Below are positions 44,441 through 54,785 of a stretch of DNA of 64,000 bases, one piece after another. The position numbers and the translations under genes were made by a program. Numbering within the stretch: position 1 is the first letter of the stretch; each line of letters starts with the position of its first letter. The notes under the pieces are model-generated. The model saw only the letters and a program-made list of their open reading frames with translations. It was not told the origin of the DNA and searched no databases. This DNA comes from an uncultured delta proteobacterium (GTDB lineage: Bacteria; Myxococcota_A; Polyangia; Haliangiales; Haliangiaceae): the NCBI GenBank assembly GCA_963848295.1, contig CAWKDB010000010.1:1344001-1408000 (forward strand), in the 5' to 3' direction.

Positions 44441-46225
44441 ATGCCCGACGAGCGCGACCGCGACCGCGACGCCGCCACTGATCCGATCGTCACCGAGATG
44501 CCCGCCTCGACCGCCGCGCAACTCGCGACGCTCGCCGGCAAGTTTCCCGAGCGCTATCGCCTCGCCGGTACGCTCGGCACCGGCGGCATGGGCGAGGTGA
44601 TCCTCGCGACCGATACGCAGATCGGCCGCGAAGTCGCGATCAAGCGCATGCGGCTCGCGCCGAGCGCCGGCTCGATCGCGCGGTTCGAGCGCGAAGCGAA
44701 GATCCAGGCGCGACTCGAGCACCCCGCGATCGTGCCGGTCCACGAGCTCGCGAACGATGCGGCCGGTCAGCCGTTCTTCGTGATGAAGCGGCTCGCCGGC
44801 ACGACGCTGTACGACGTGATCGTCGCGCGCAACGCGAAGTTCTCGCGCAACAAGCTGCTCCGATCGTTTGCGGATGCGTGCCTCGCGGTCGAGCTCGCGC
44901 ACAGCCGCGGCATCGTGCATCGCGACCTCAAGCCGAACAACATCATGCTCGGCGACTTCGGCGAGACCTACGTGCTCGATTGGGGCATCGCGCGCGTGCT
45001 CGGTGAAGCCGACACGATCGAGCCGGCGTGGCGCGACACGTCGGTCGGCGGAGCGACTCAGGTCGGCGCGATCTTCGGCACGCCTGGCTACATCGCGCCC
45101 GAGATGTTGCGCGGGCAGCCGGTTGACGGCCGAGCCGATGTCTATGCGCTCGGCTGCATCCTGTTCGAGATCCTCGCGGGCGAGCCGTTGTTGCCGCCCG
45201 GTCGAGCCGGCATGACCGCCGCGCTCGACGACGTCGATGCTCGCCCGTCCGTGCGCGCACCGGATCGCGAGATCCCGCTCGAGCTCGACAGCATCTGCGT
45301 CGACGCGACTCGCACCGATCGCGACCTGCGGCTACCGACCGCGCGATCGCTCGCCGAACGCGTCGAGCACTTTCTCGATGGCGATCGCGATCACGCGCAA
45401 CGCAAGGCGCTCGCCGAGGGCCATCTCGCGACCGCTCGCGCCGCGATCGCGGCCGGCGACTCCGAAGCACAGCGCGCGTTCGCGATGCGCGAAGCCGGGA
45501 GCGCGCTCGCGCTCGATCCCACCGGCGGCGGTGCCGCCGAGCTCGTCGGCCGGCTCATGCTGGAGCCGCCGCGCGAGGTGCCTCGCGAAGTCGAGGACCG
45601 GCTCGCCGAGCTCGACGATCGCGCGCGCCGGACGAAGCTCGCCGCGGTATGGCCAGCACACCTGATATATCTCGCGCTCTCACCGCTGATCGTGATCCTC
45701 GGCCTGCACGGCGGCGCCGCGATCGCGACGCTGTGCACGGCGATCGCGCTCAACGCGTTCGTGTCGTTTCGACTGTCGCGGCAACACGAGCCGATCTCCG
45801 CGAACGACATGTACTTCACGGTGATCGTGACCGCGCTGTTGATCGGCACGATCGCGCGGCTGTTCTCGCCGCCGCTCGTCGCACCCGGCATCACGACGCT
45901 CGCGGTGTTCATGTTCGCGGTCGATCAGCGGATTCGCCTGCTCCCGCTGATCGGCGCGTTGATGGGCGCGATGCTCCTGCCGTGGGGCCTCGAGCTTCTC
46001 GGCCAATGGTCGCGCACGATCAGCTCGGACCACGGCAACCTCGTGCTGCACTCCGAAGCGTTCGAGGCGCGATACCCCAACTCCGAGATCGCGCTCGCCG
46101 GTTTCATCGCGACACTCATCGTGTTCTCCGCCATGTTCGCGCGCCGCGTCGCCTCGTCGGAGCGCTCCGCCGTGCGCGCGCTCGAGCTGCAAGCGTGGCA
46201 CTTGCGGCAGCTCGTTCGGCGCTAG
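44441..46225 (+). CDS. Ser/Thr protein kinase with a C-terminal multi-TM domain
   Basis: LGTGGMGEV, VAIK, HRDLKPNN, DWGIA, GTPGYIAPE, DVYALG, then about six hydrophobic helices. Confidence 0.93.
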   Translation: MPDERDRDRDAATDPIVTEMPASTAAQLATLAGKFPERYRLAGTLGTGGMGEVILATDTQIGREVAIKRMRLAPSAGSIARFEREAKIQARLEHPAIVPVHELANDAAGQPFFVMKRLAGTTLYDVIVARNAKFSRNKLLRSFADACLAVELAHSRGIVHRDLKPNNIMLGDFGETYVLDWGIARVLGEADTIEPAWRDTSVGGATQVGAIFGTPGYIAPEMLRGQPVDGRADVYALGCILFEILAGEPLLPPGRAGMTAALDDVDARPSVRAPDREIPLELDSICVDATRTDRDLRLPTARSLAERVEHFLDGDRDHAQRKALAEGHLATARAAIAAGDSEAQRAFAMREAGSALALDPTGGGAAELVGRLMLEPPREVPREVEDRLAELDDRARRTKLAAVWPAHLIYLALSPLIVILGLHGGAAIATLCTAIALNAFVSFRLSRQHEPISANDMYFTVIVTALLIGTIARLFSPPLVAPGITTLAVFMFAVDQRIRLLPLIGALMGAMLLPWGLELLGQWSRTISSDHGNLVLHSEAFEARYPNSEIALAGFIATLIVFSAMFARRVASSERSAVRALELQAWHLRQLVRR

Positions 46226-47496
46226 GTCTTCGCGCCCGGTAAGCGCGGCGCGAGCGACGCGAGGCCTTGAAGCGTCGCCGGGAGATCGACGCCGAGCATC
46301 TGCTTGAGTTGCTCGGACGTCACCGCCGCTTTGACCGCGAAGTTGCCGCCGTTCATCGCGAGATCCTTGTCGATCACGGTGAGCCGATCGACCGGCATGT
46401 CACCGACCGTTTGCATCATGGTACCGATCAGACCGGAGAGCTTCTGCGCGACGAAGATCTGACGCGCGCTGTCGCCTGCTTTTGCCCAGGTCTCACCGAG
46501 CGCGCGGATCGCCGCCGCGGTCGCCTTGCCCTCTTCGCTGATCTTCGACGCCTGGCCGCGTGCCTGCGCGACGAGCTGCGACTTGCGCGCCTCCGCCGGC
46601 TTGACCTTGTCCGCGATCAGCTGGAACCGCACCTGCGCGAGCCGCGCGCGTTGCACCGCGACATCTGCGATCGCTTGCGCGAGCAGCGCTTGGACCTGGC
46701 CTTTAGATTCAGCGATCAACGCGCCGCTGCGAGTTTGCGCTTCCGCGATCCGTCGTTGGCCTTCCGCGCGCGCCGTCGCGATCTGCGCCTCGACCTTCGA
46801 GATCTCTTGGTTCTGCAAGTTCGCCGCCGCGTTCTCGGCCGCGAGCGCACCGTTCTCCGCTTCCGCGATCCGCGACTTCTTCAACAGCTCTGCGGTCGAC
46901 CGCCGTCCGATCGAGCCGAGATAGCCCTTGTCATCGGACACGTGCTGGATCTTGAGCGTGTCGAGCTCCAAGCCGAGCCGGCCGAGATCGTGATCCGCTT
47001 CGCGCAAGAGCTCGCCCGCGAACTTCTCGCGATCCTGGTTCACCTCCTCCGGAGTCAGCGTCGACAGCACGCCGCGCAGGTTTCCTTCGAGGGTCTCGCG
47101 CGCGATCGTCATGATCTGATCGCGCGTCATCCCGAGGAACCGCTCGACCGCGTTCGCGAGCTGCTGGGGCTTGCTCGACACCTTGACGTTCGCGACGCCC
47201 TGCACGTTCAGCGCGACGCCGCCCTTCGAGTACGCGCCTTGAACGCGCAGCTCGATCATCATGTTCGTGAGATCCATGCGATCGACGACCTCGATCAACG
47301 GGATGCGCAGGCCGCGCCCGCCCTGGACGACGCGGTACCCGATCGTGCGGTCCTCGCCGGGAATCTGGTGGTGGCCGCCGGAGAAGATCAGCACCTCGTT
47401 CGGCGGGCAGATGTAGACGATGCGCTTGATGATCGCGGCGAGCACGGCGAACGCGCCGACGATCGCGACCGCAGCGACGACGATGACGTTCTGCAT
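46222..47496 (-). CDS. Flotillin/SPFH-family protein
   Basis: ICPPNEVLIFSG, AYSKGG, AVERFL, ETLEGNLRG, KIQHVSD, and an AE-rich coiled coil. Confidence 0.92.
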   Translation of the reverse strand: MQNVIVVAAVAIVGAFAVLAAIIKRIVYICPPNEVLIFSGGHHQIPGEDRTIGYRVVQGGRGLRIPLIEVVDRMDLTNMMIELRVQGAYSKGGVALNVQGVANVKVSSKPQQLANAVERFLGMTRDQIMTIARETLEGNLRGVLSTLTPEEVNQDREKFAGELLREADHDLGRLGLELDTLKIQHVSDDKGYLGSIGRRSTAELLKKSRIAEAENGALAAENAAANLQNQEISKVEAQIATARAEGQRRIAEAQTRSGALIAESKGQVQALLAQAIADVAVQRARLAQVRFQLIADKVKPAEARKSQLVAQARGQASKISEEGKATAAAIRALGETWAKAGDSARQIFVAQKLSGLIGTMMQTVGDMPVDRLTVIDKDLAMNGGNFAVKAAVTSEQLKQMLGVDLPATLQGLASLAPRLPGAKT

Positions 47497-47498
47497 GA

Positions 47499-48782
47499 CT
47501 AGCTCCTCCCGCTGCCACCGGGCGTGCCGGTGATGACCTTCGAGATGTCGATGCCGAGCGTTCGCGTGACCTGCTCGAGTAGCGCGTTCATCGTCGCGGG
47601 ATACGACGCGGCGTACGCGGGCAGCGTCTTGCCGTCGCCGCCGTCGATGACGTGGACCTCGCCGACCTTGAGCCGGCGCGTCGCAGTCGCGACGTCCGCG
47701 AAGATCTGCTCGAGGTGCTGGAGTACGAACATGTCCATCGCGCGGCCACCGCTGTCACGCCACGCGGCCGCGACATCGGACAGCGATTGCGACATGGCCT
47801 CGCCGTCGGCTTGGATCGGCGCGGCTTGGCCGGCGTTGAACAGCTCGCGCACTTGCGCTTCGATCTCGGCGGGGATCGAGACCTCCGCTTGCAACCGCAA
47901 CGTCTCGAGCTCGCCGCGTACTTTCTGAAGCTCGAGCTCGGCTTCGGCGCGCGCTTGTTGGCCCGAGGCCTCGGCGCGCAGCTCTTCGGAGCGCGCTTCG
48001 CCATCGACCTCGGCGACGATCTGGCGGAGCTCGTTCTGCTTGCGCTGGACCGCGGCCTGCGCGTTCGTCTGGGCGACTTGCCCTCGCGCCGCCGCTCCGG
48101 CCTCGGCTTGAGCCGCTTCGCGCGCTGCATCGGACTCCGAGACTTCTGCGGAGCGCAGGATCTCGGCGATGCGCTGGCGGCTGATGCTCTCGAGGTAGTT
48201 GCCGTCGTCCGCGACGTGCTGGATCTTCAAGACGTCGAGCTCGAGGCCGAGCTTCTGCAAGTCGGGCGTCGCCGATTCTTCGAGGTGATGTGCGAACTCG
48301 AGCCTGTCCTCGTTCAGCGACTCCGGTGTCATCGCCGCGAGCACGCCGCGCAAGTGACCTTCGAGCGTCTCTTTGACGACACGCGCGATCTCGAGTTGGT
48401 CCCGGCCGAGGAAGCGCTCGATCGCGTTGCCGACGAACCGGCGATCGGTCGACACCTTGACGTTCGCGATCGCGTGGACATTGAGCGGGATGCCGCCCTT
48501 CGAGTACGCTCCCTGCACCGCGATCGGCACCGAGATCAGCGAGACGTCCATCCGGTTGACCGATTCCATGACCGGCACGCGCACGCCACGGCCGCCGAAC
48601 ACGACGCGGTAGCCGACGATATGGCCATCTTCGGTCGCGTGCTTGCGGCCGGAGAAGATCAGGATCTCGTTCGGCCGACAGATCCGCAGCAAATAGCGGT
48701 ACAGCACGATCAGCACCACCAAGACGGCGGCGCCGGCCACGACCCCTGCGATCACTTCGGGCGGAATTTTGACGTTGCTCAT
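47499..48782 (-). CDS. Flotillin/SPFH-family protein (tandem paralog)
   Basis: ICRPNEILIFSG, AYSKGGIP, AIERFL, ETLEGHLRG, KIQHVAD. Confidence 0.92.
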   Translation of the reverse strand: MSNVKIPPEVIAGVVAGAAVLVVLIVLYRYLLRICRPNEILIFSGRKHATEDGHIVGYRVVFGGRGVRVPVMESVNRMDVSLISVPIAVQGAYSKGGIPLNVHAIANVKVSTDRRFVGNAIERFLGRDQLEIARVVKETLEGHLRGVLAAMTPESLNEDRLEFAHHLEESATPDLQKLGLELDVLKIQHVADDGNYLESISRQRIAEILRSAEVSESDAAREAAQAEAGAAARGQVAQTNAQAAVQRKQNELRQIVAEVDGEARSEELRAEASGQQARAEAELELQKVRGELETLRLQAEVSIPAEIEAQVRELFNAGQAAPIQADGEAMSQSLSDVAAAWRDSGGRAMDMFVLQHLEQIFADVATATRRLKVGEVHVIDGGDGKTLPAYAASYPATMNALLEQVTRTLGIDISKVITGTPGGSGRS

Positions 48783-48819
48783 CCTGTGCCTCCCCAGACG
48801 ATTAGCGCGACGGCCGACG

Positions 48820-49353
48820 CTACATCTCGGGCTTGGCGACGAGCAACGCCCCGTGCTCGTCTTCTGCGACGACCGTCACCGGTGCTCCCGTCGGTAACTC
48901 GCCGGTGCCCTCGGCGACGACCGCGGTGAAATCCTCGGTGTGACCCTTGATCGAGATCCGCACTTGGCTCGGCTTGCCGGGGCCCGCCGGCAGCAGCAAC
49001 TGTCCGGTCATCCCGACGAGCTCGTTCGAATCGATCGCGCTCGACACGCTGCGCTTCGTCAACCCGCGAATGATGCCGACGGCGAGCGCGCCGCTCGTCC
49101 AGCCGATCGCGAGCGCGGCGAGCGCGGTGACGAGCTCGCTCGAGCCGAGCGCCCCGAGCGCGAGCCCGGCCCCGCCGCCGAACGTGAGCACGAACACCCA
49201 GAACCGCAGCGACGTCACCGGCGCCCAGCCCAAGCCCGGTGCGCTGTCGCCGTGGCTCCCATGGCCGGCATGAACATCCTTGCCGTCGAGGACGAACGAC
49301 GCGATCAGCAGCGTCAACCCGAAAGCCACCGCGCCTAAGTAGAGATGCGTCAT
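48820..49353 (-). CDS. NfeD-like membrane protein
   Basis: Three TM helices (SLRFW..LTFGG.G) and an OB-fold-like tail (LVGMTGQ..GAPVTVV); immediately upstream of the flotillins. Confidence 0.8.
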   Translation of the reverse strand: MTHLYLGAVAFGLTLLIASFVLDGKDVHAGHGSHGDSAPGLGWAPVTSLRFWVFVLTFGGGAGLALGALGSSELVTALAALAIGWTSGALAVGIIRGLTKRSVSSAIDSNELVGMTGQLLLPAGPGKPSQVRISIKGHTEDFTAVVAEGTGELPTGAPVTVVAEDEHGALLVAKPEM

Positions 49354-49379
49354 CGGCTCGCCCCTAACGTAACGCGAGC

Positions 49380-50708
49380 TTACCCCAGCGATCGCGGTCG
49401 CGCCCGCAGGAACACCGCGTAGACGACCGCACCGAGCGCCATCACGCCGACGCCGAACAGCGAGACCATCGGCGTCGTGACCAGCGTATTCGCGAGCAGC
49501 AGGATCGCTACCACGATGAACACGACCGGCACGATCGGAAAGCCGGGCACTCGAAACGGTCGCTCGCGATCGGGCTCGCGCCGGCGGAGCGCGAGCACCG
49601 ACACCGCGTTCATCGCGTAGAACAGCCACGAGGCGAACACGACGGCGTCGGTCAAGTCGTCGAATTCGCCGGACAGCGCGAGCACACTCGCCCACGCGCC
49701 TTGCACGACCACCGATACTCTCGGCACCCGCGCACCCGCGGCGACGCGCGCGAACATCTTCGGAGCGAGCCCGTCCTTCGCGACCGCGTAAGGCACGCGC
49801 GCGCCCGTCAACATCGCGCCGGTCATCGCCGAGATCGCGGCGATCGCCATCGCGGCCGTGATCAGCAGCTCGCCGGTCGGTCCGACGAGCGCGGCCGCGA
49901 CTCGACTCGCGACCGACGGCGCATGCGGAAAGCGCTTCGAGTTGCTCGTCACGACGTCGGCGAGCGGCACGGCGTGAAAATAGCCGGCGTTGATCGCGAG
50001 ATAGATCGCGAGCACCGCGAGCGATCCGAGCAACAGCGCACGCGGCACGTTGCGCCCGGGGTCGCGCACCTCCCCGGCTGCCATCGGCAAGTTGTTCCAG
50101 CCGTCGTAAGCCCACAACGCGGCGACGACCATCGCGCCGAACGCACTCCACCCGGGAAAGCCGCCGGCCGCGGTCAGCCGGCCGAAGTCGCCGCTCGGCG
50201 AGCCGAGCGCGGCCGCCGCGAGCCCGACGATCAACGCGACCTTGAGCGCGGTCAGCGCGGTCTGCACCCCGCCGCCGGCCTTCACGTTCAGGCAGTTGAC
50301 GCCGGTGAACAGCGCGATCACGCCGAGCGCGACCGGCGTGCCGCCGCCGACGAACGTCGCCGTGCCGACGGCGTACGCCGCGATCGATCCGGGCGTGCCG
50401 ATCCAGAACCGCGTCCAGCCGTACAGAAAGGCGGCGAACCGGCCCCAGCCCTCGCGGAGGTACACGTACTCGCCACCGGCGAGCGGAAACATCGCGCCGA
50501 GCTCGGCGTAGGTCAGCGCGCCGGCGAGCGAGAGCACCCCGGCGACGATCCACGCAGTCAAGACCCACGCCGGCGAGCCGAGCTGGGCCATCACCGCGGT
50601 CTTCAAGAACACGCCGGTGCCGATGATCGTGCCGACGACGAGCGACGCCGCGGCCCACGGCCCGAGCGCGCGTCTTAATTCATTCGTGCTCGTAGTCGCG
50701 CTCGTGAT
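49380..50708 (-). CDS. APC-family amino acid permease (no canonical start codon; ATC at 50708 proposed)
   Basis: ELRRALG...GTIIGTGVF, YAELG.MFP.AGGEY.Y, WAYDGW, GEVRDP.RN.P, RPFRVPG. Confidence 0.85.
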   Translation of the reverse strand: MTSATTSTNELRRALGPWAAASLVVGTIIGTGVFLKTAVMAQLGSPAWVLTAWIVAGVLSLAGALTYAELGAMFPLAGGEYVYLREGWGRFAAFLYGWTRFWIGTPGSIAAYAVGTATFVGGGTPVALGVIALFTGVNCLNVKAGGGVQTALTALKVALIVGLAAAALGSPSGDFGRLTAAGGFPGWSAFGAMVVAALWAYDGWNNLPMAAGEVRDPGRNVPRALLLGSLAVLAIYLAINAGYFHAVPLADVVTSNSKRFPHAPSVASRVAAALVGPTGELLITAAMAIAAISAMTGAMLTGARVPYAVAKDGLAPKMFARVAAGARVPRVSVVVQGAWASVLALSGEFDDLTDAVVFASWLFYAMNAVSVLALRRREPDRERPFRVPGFPIVPVVFIVVAILLLANTLVTTPMVSLFGVGVMALGAVVYAVFLRARPRSLG

Positions 50709-50728
50709 CGAGCGAGTATAAGCGACTC

Positions 50729-51586
50729 GTGAGGGTCCACCTGTTCGACGGCACCTACGAGCTGTTCCGCTCGTGGTTCGGCGCGCCGCCCGGCGAAGCG
50801 CACGGCAAAGAGGTCGGTGCGACGCGAGGCTTTCTGCGCAGCCTCGCGACCGTGTTGCGCACGGGCGCGATCACCCACGGCGGTGTCGCGTTCGATCACG
50901 TCATCGAGTCGTTCCGCAACGACTTGTTCCCCGGCTACAAGACCGGCGAAGGCCTCGACCCGCGCCTCGTCGCGCAGTTTCCGCTCGTCGAGCGCGCCGC
51001 GGCCGCGCTCGGGCTCGCGGTCTGGCCAATGATCGAGTTCGAAGCCGATGACGCGATCGGCACCGCCGCGGCGGCGCTCGCGAAGGACGCGCACGTCGAG
51101 CAGATCCGGATCGTGTCGCCCGATAAAGATATGTGCCAGTGCGTGACCGGCACGCACGTCGTCACGTGGGATCGCTGGAAGGACGTCGTGCTCGACGAGC
51201 CGGCGGTGGTCGCAAAGCACGGCGTGTCGCCGGAATCGATCCCCGATCTGCTCGCGCTCGTCGGCGACACCGCGGACGGCATTCCGGGCTTGCCCGGCTG
51301 GGGCAAGTTGTCGGCCGGCAAGATCTTGACGGAGTACCGCCATCTCGACGCGATCCCCGACGATCCGAAGAGCTGGCGCGTGACCATCCGCGGTGCCGAC
51401 AAGCTCGCGCGCTCGCTGCGAGATCAGCGCGACGACGCGGCGCTGTACCGACTGCTCGCGACGCTGCGCACGGACTGCCCGATCGCGTGCGACATCGAAG
51501 CCGTCGCATGGAGAGGCCCCGACCTCGCAGCCCTCGGGGAGCTGTGTGAAGAAATCGGCCTCGCGCGCGATGCGATCCGGCTGTGA
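50729..51586 (+). CDS. Stand-alone 5'-3' exonuclease / flap endonuclease (PolI N-domain-like)
   Basis: LFDGTYELFR, FRNDLFPGYK, EFEADD, SPDKD, ALVGDTADGIPG.PGWG. Confidence 0.92.
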   Translation: MRVHLFDGTYELFRSWFGAPPGEAHGKEVGATRGFLRSLATVLRTGAITHGGVAFDHVIESFRNDLFPGYKTGEGLDPRLVAQFPLVERAAAALGLAVWPMIEFEADDAIGTAAAALAKDAHVEQIRIVSPDKDMCQCVTGTHVVTWDRWKDVVLDEPAVVAKHGVSPESIPDLLALVGDTADGIPGLPGWGKLSAGKILTEYRHLDAIPDDPKSWRVTIRGADKLARSLRDQRDDAALYRLLATLRTDCPIACDIEAVAWRGPDLAALGELCEEIGLARDAIRL

Positions 51587-51604
51587 TCGAGCCAAGCTTC
51601 GAGC

Positions 51605-52321
51605 GTGCACCCCCTCGCCGTCGTTTGGCTCGCGCCCGCGCTCGCGCTCGCGCTCGCGGCGTGTGGCGCGGCCCACCTGCCGCCGCCACCTCGCACGACC
51701 GGCTCGATCGTCGGGCTCGCGCGCGATCACGATAGCGGCGACCCGATCGCGCAAGCGGAGCTACGGCTCCGGGCGCAAGGCTCGTTCGCGCCTATGGTCG
51801 CGCACTCGGCGAGCAACGGTACGTATGCGTTCGATCACCTCGAGCCCGGCCTGTACAGCCTCGATGCGACCTTCGCAGGTCAGCCGGTGTTCGTGCAGAA
51901 CATCGCGGTGCGCCAAGGCAACGCGACGTTCGTCGACGTCGTGTTCACGCTCGGCCACCCCGACGCGATCCACATCGACTTCGGCAACTGGCACGATGGC
52001 GAGATCGCGTACTGCCACCCGCATCGGCTCGGCGGCCAGCTCGCGATGATCGAGGGCACGATCAGCGACACCCGTTCGCGCGATCGCGTCCCGGGGGCGG
52101 TCGTCACGGTGTCCGGGGGCCCGAACCGCGAGGTCGAGCAAGCGGTGTCCGACGACCAGGGCAGGTACGAGTTCGACGCGCTCGCGCCCGGCACGTACGA
52201 GGTCAGCGCGTACTACTCGATCTCGGGCCGCGCGCAGATCGAGGTCCGGCGCAGTGATGTCCACGTCGCCGGTGCCGAGGCCGCGATCGTGCCGCTGTGG
52301 ATCGAGATCGCGAAGCAGTAG
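51605..52321 (+). CDS. Lipoprotein with two carboxypeptidase-regulatory-like domains
   Basis: Lipobox LAAC; repeated G.I.G...D....PI/VP.A and G.Y.F..L.PG.Y pattern. Confidence 0.8.
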   Translation: MHPLAVVWLAPALALALAACGAAHLPPPPRTTGSIVGLARDHDSGDPIAQAELRLRAQGSFAPMVAHSASNGTYAFDHLEPGLYSLDATFAGQPVFVQNIAVRQGNATFVDVVFTLGHPDAIHIDFGNWHDGEIAYCHPHRLGGQLAMIEGTISDTRSRDRVPGAVVTVSGGPNREVEQAVSDDQGRYEFDALAPGTYEVSAYYSISGRAQIEVRRSDVHVAGAEAAIVPLWIEIAKQ

Positions 52322-52351
52322 CCCGCGGCCGATCGCCCGTTTACCGGGCCG

Positions 52352-52912
52352 CTAGTCGAACCAGTAGCGGGCGCCGACCGAGATATCGAGATCCGGCAAG
52401 ATCGTGTGGTCGTAATTGACGAACAGGTCGACGACGAAAGCGGCCTGGATGAACGCGTCGAGCGGGATCTCGTTGAAGTCGAAGGACACGCCGGCCGGCA
52501 CGCGAACGCCGAACGCGTAGGCGCGGGCATCGGGATTGTTGTTCGCGGCGTCGTTGAAAGGAAACTCCAGGAATCGACCGCCGACGCCGAAGAAGAAGGG
52601 CAGCTCGAACGCGTCCGCCGACACGAACGACAGCGGGTGCCACAAGTAGTCGGCGTAGGTGTTGAAGCCGCGTTGGTTATAAAAGTAGTCGTACGAGTAG
52701 CCCGCACCGAAGTCGATCGCCTGACTGCCGCCCTCGGATAGGAAGTACTTGCCGTTGACCCCGATCGGGGACCCGAGCTCGAGGCCAAGGCCGAACGTCT
52801 TGTTCGATTCGAACCGCTTGTTGTGGCCGGCCGGGCGAGGCCGAGCCAGAGCCGAGCTCGCGACAGCGCCGACGAGCGCCAAGGCGATCGCGATAGAGCT
52901 GTTAGCTTTCAT
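52352..52912 (-). CDS. Small outer-membrane beta-barrel protein
   Basis: Signal peptide, FGLGLELGSPIG.NGKYF, GVRVPAG, C-terminal GARYWF. Confidence 0.75.
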   Translation of the reverse strand: MKANSSIAIALALVGAVASSALARPRPAGHNKRFESNKTFGLGLELGSPIGVNGKYFLSEGGSQAIDFGAGYSYDYFYNQRGFNTYADYLWHPLSFVSADAFELPFFFGVGGRFLEFPFNDAANNNPDARAYAFGVRVPAGVSFDFNEIPLDAFIQAAFVVDLFVNYDHTILPDLDISVGARYWFD

Positions 52913-52968
52913 GGCACCGATCGTAAGCCGTACTTCGCGTCGCGACGATCGCCGTGCAACAATAAGGT

Positions 52969-54552
52969 GTGCGGTTCGCGCCCGCCTGGCGGTTCGTCTT
53001 GACGTCGAGTGTCGCTTGTGGCTCGGCACCGGGCGGACAGCTCGCGCCGCCGCAAGCGCCGCCCGCACCGACGGCTCCACCCGCGCCGCCGATTCCGCAC
53101 GATGCCGCGCTCCCGCCTGCTCCCGATCTACCGAAGCTATCGTGCGATGCCGGGACCACGCCGATGCCGGCGGTGTTCCCCGAGCCCACGTGGTTTTGCG
53201 TACGTGATGGCGGCGTCCGGCAGGGGCCGTTCATCACGATGTTCCCGGACGACACGATCGAGATCAACGGCTCGTACAAAGACGGCAAGCTCGATGGGCC
53301 TTGGCAGCGGCACTATCCCGGCGGCGCCCTCGCCGAAGACGGCAGCTACACGGCCGGGCAGAAAGACGGCAAGTGGCGCCAGCTCTCGCCGACCGGCGCG
53401 GTGCTCGGCGAATACGAGATGAAAGCGGGCACCGGCACCGAGCGCCGTTGGTACGATGAAGGTCCGCTGTACAGCGAGCGTGGATTGCGCGGCGGTGTCG
53501 CGAACGGCCCGGCGAAGATCCTCGCGCCCGACGGCACGGTCCTGGTCAGCGCGAGGTACTGGGCCGGCAAGCTCGATGGTCCGCACGTCGTCGGCTACAA
53601 GCCATCGCTGCGCGTCGAGGAGACGTTCGGTCATGGCGTGCGCTTCGGCTCGCGCCAGATCTGGCAGTTCTGGCAGCTGCTGATCGACGAGGAATACGAC
53701 AACCACGGCAAGCTCGACGGCTCGTTCACGATCTGGCGCGACAAGAAGGTCCCGCGCGTCCAAGGCCGTTACGACCACGGCAAGCGCACCGGCACGTGGA
53801 CCTGGTTCGATCGCGGCAACAACAAGGAACGCGAGGGCGGTTTCGCCGACGGCAAGCGCGATGGCACGTGGACCGAGTGGTACGAGAACAAGGTCACGTT
53901 CACCGGCACGTACGTCGACGGCAAACCGGACGGCGACTTCACGTACTCCGATCGCGCCGGCAAGCAGATCGGCGAGTTCACGATGAAGGACGGCACGGGC
54001 ACGATGGAGACGTTCTGGCCGAACCATCAGGTCGCGACGCGGACGCGGCTCTATCAAGGCGATATGGACGGCGCCTACGAAGAGCTGACGCCGCACAAGA
54101 AGCGCGTCGTGCTCGGCTCGTACTCCGGCAATCGCAAGAACGGCTGGTGGCGCGAGTGGACCGAGCTCGGCGTGCTCACGCTCGAAGAGCACTGGAAGCG
54201 CGGCAAGCTCGACGGCTCGATGAAGAAGTACATCGATGGCAAGGTCGCGGTCGATGCGACGTACAAAGACGGCAAGCTCGAGGGGCCGTACACCGAGCTC
54301 AGGGGCGGCAAGCCGGCGCTGTCCGGGCAATGGACCGGCGATCGCAAGACCGGGACGTGGACCGAGTACGACGACGCCGGCTCGGTCACGCTGACCGCGA
54401 GCTACAAAGACGGCGTGCTCGACGGGCCGTGGCACCAGTTGATCGGCGGCGCCGTGATCGAGGGCACGATGGCCGCCGGACGGCGCTCGGGCGAATGGAA
54501 GCGCACCGACAAGGCGGGCACGGTCCAAACGACGGTTTACAAGACGCCGTAA
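52969..54552 (+). CDS. MORN-variant (YwqK-like) repeat protein, probably a lipoprotein
   Basis: Many G.Y.DGK.DG.W repeats after SVAC and a Pro-rich linker. Confidence 0.85.
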   Translation: MRFAPAWRFVLTSSVACGSAPGGQLAPPQAPPAPTAPPAPPIPHDAALPPAPDLPKLSCDAGTTPMPAVFPEPTWFCVRDGGVRQGPFITMFPDDTIEINGSYKDGKLDGPWQRHYPGGALAEDGSYTAGQKDGKWRQLSPTGAVLGEYEMKAGTGTERRWYDEGPLYSERGLRGGVANGPAKILAPDGTVLVSARYWAGKLDGPHVVGYKPSLRVEETFGHGVRFGSRQIWQFWQLLIDEEYDNHGKLDGSFTIWRDKKVPRVQGRYDHGKRTGTWTWFDRGNNKEREGGFADGKRDGTWTEWYENKVTFTGTYVDGKPDGDFTYSDRAGKQIGEFTMKDGTGTMETFWPNHQVATRTRLYQGDMDGAYEELTPHKKRVVLGSYSGNRKNGWWREWTELGVLTLEEHWKRGKLDGSMKKYIDGKVAVDATYKDGKLEGPYTELRGGKPALSGQWTGDRKTGTWTEYDDAGSVTLTASYKDGVLDGPWHQLIGGAVIEGTMAAGRRSGEWKRTDKAGTVQTTVYKTP

Positions 54553-54785
54553 CGCCGCGCCCGGCTTGGCACGTGTGGTTGAACCGGAGCTGCAACGAAG
54601 ATATTCCCGAGTGCAACCTCCGGCCGGCTCGCGCGTTCTTAGCTGTGTCAGCCGTGAACCGCGACGCCAAGACCCAATCGGCACTCCTCGCGCTTGCCCG
54701 CAACCGCCGCATGCAGCGCGCGGTCGCTCACGCGTACATCCATCGCGACACGCCGATCCCGACGCTGCGCGCCTCACTCGGCTTC

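Noticed and set aside
46222..49353. NfeD plus two flotillins as a novel system
   Set aside because: NfeD-SPFH operons are well established.
48820..50658. 612-aa ORF suggesting a permease-NfeD fusion
   Set aside because: Only the last ~177 aa are NfeD-like; the rest is an off-frame read of the permease.
52969..54552. YwqK-type toxin-antitoxin system
   Set aside because: The similarity is only to generic MORN-variant repeats, and no adjacent toxin is recognisable.
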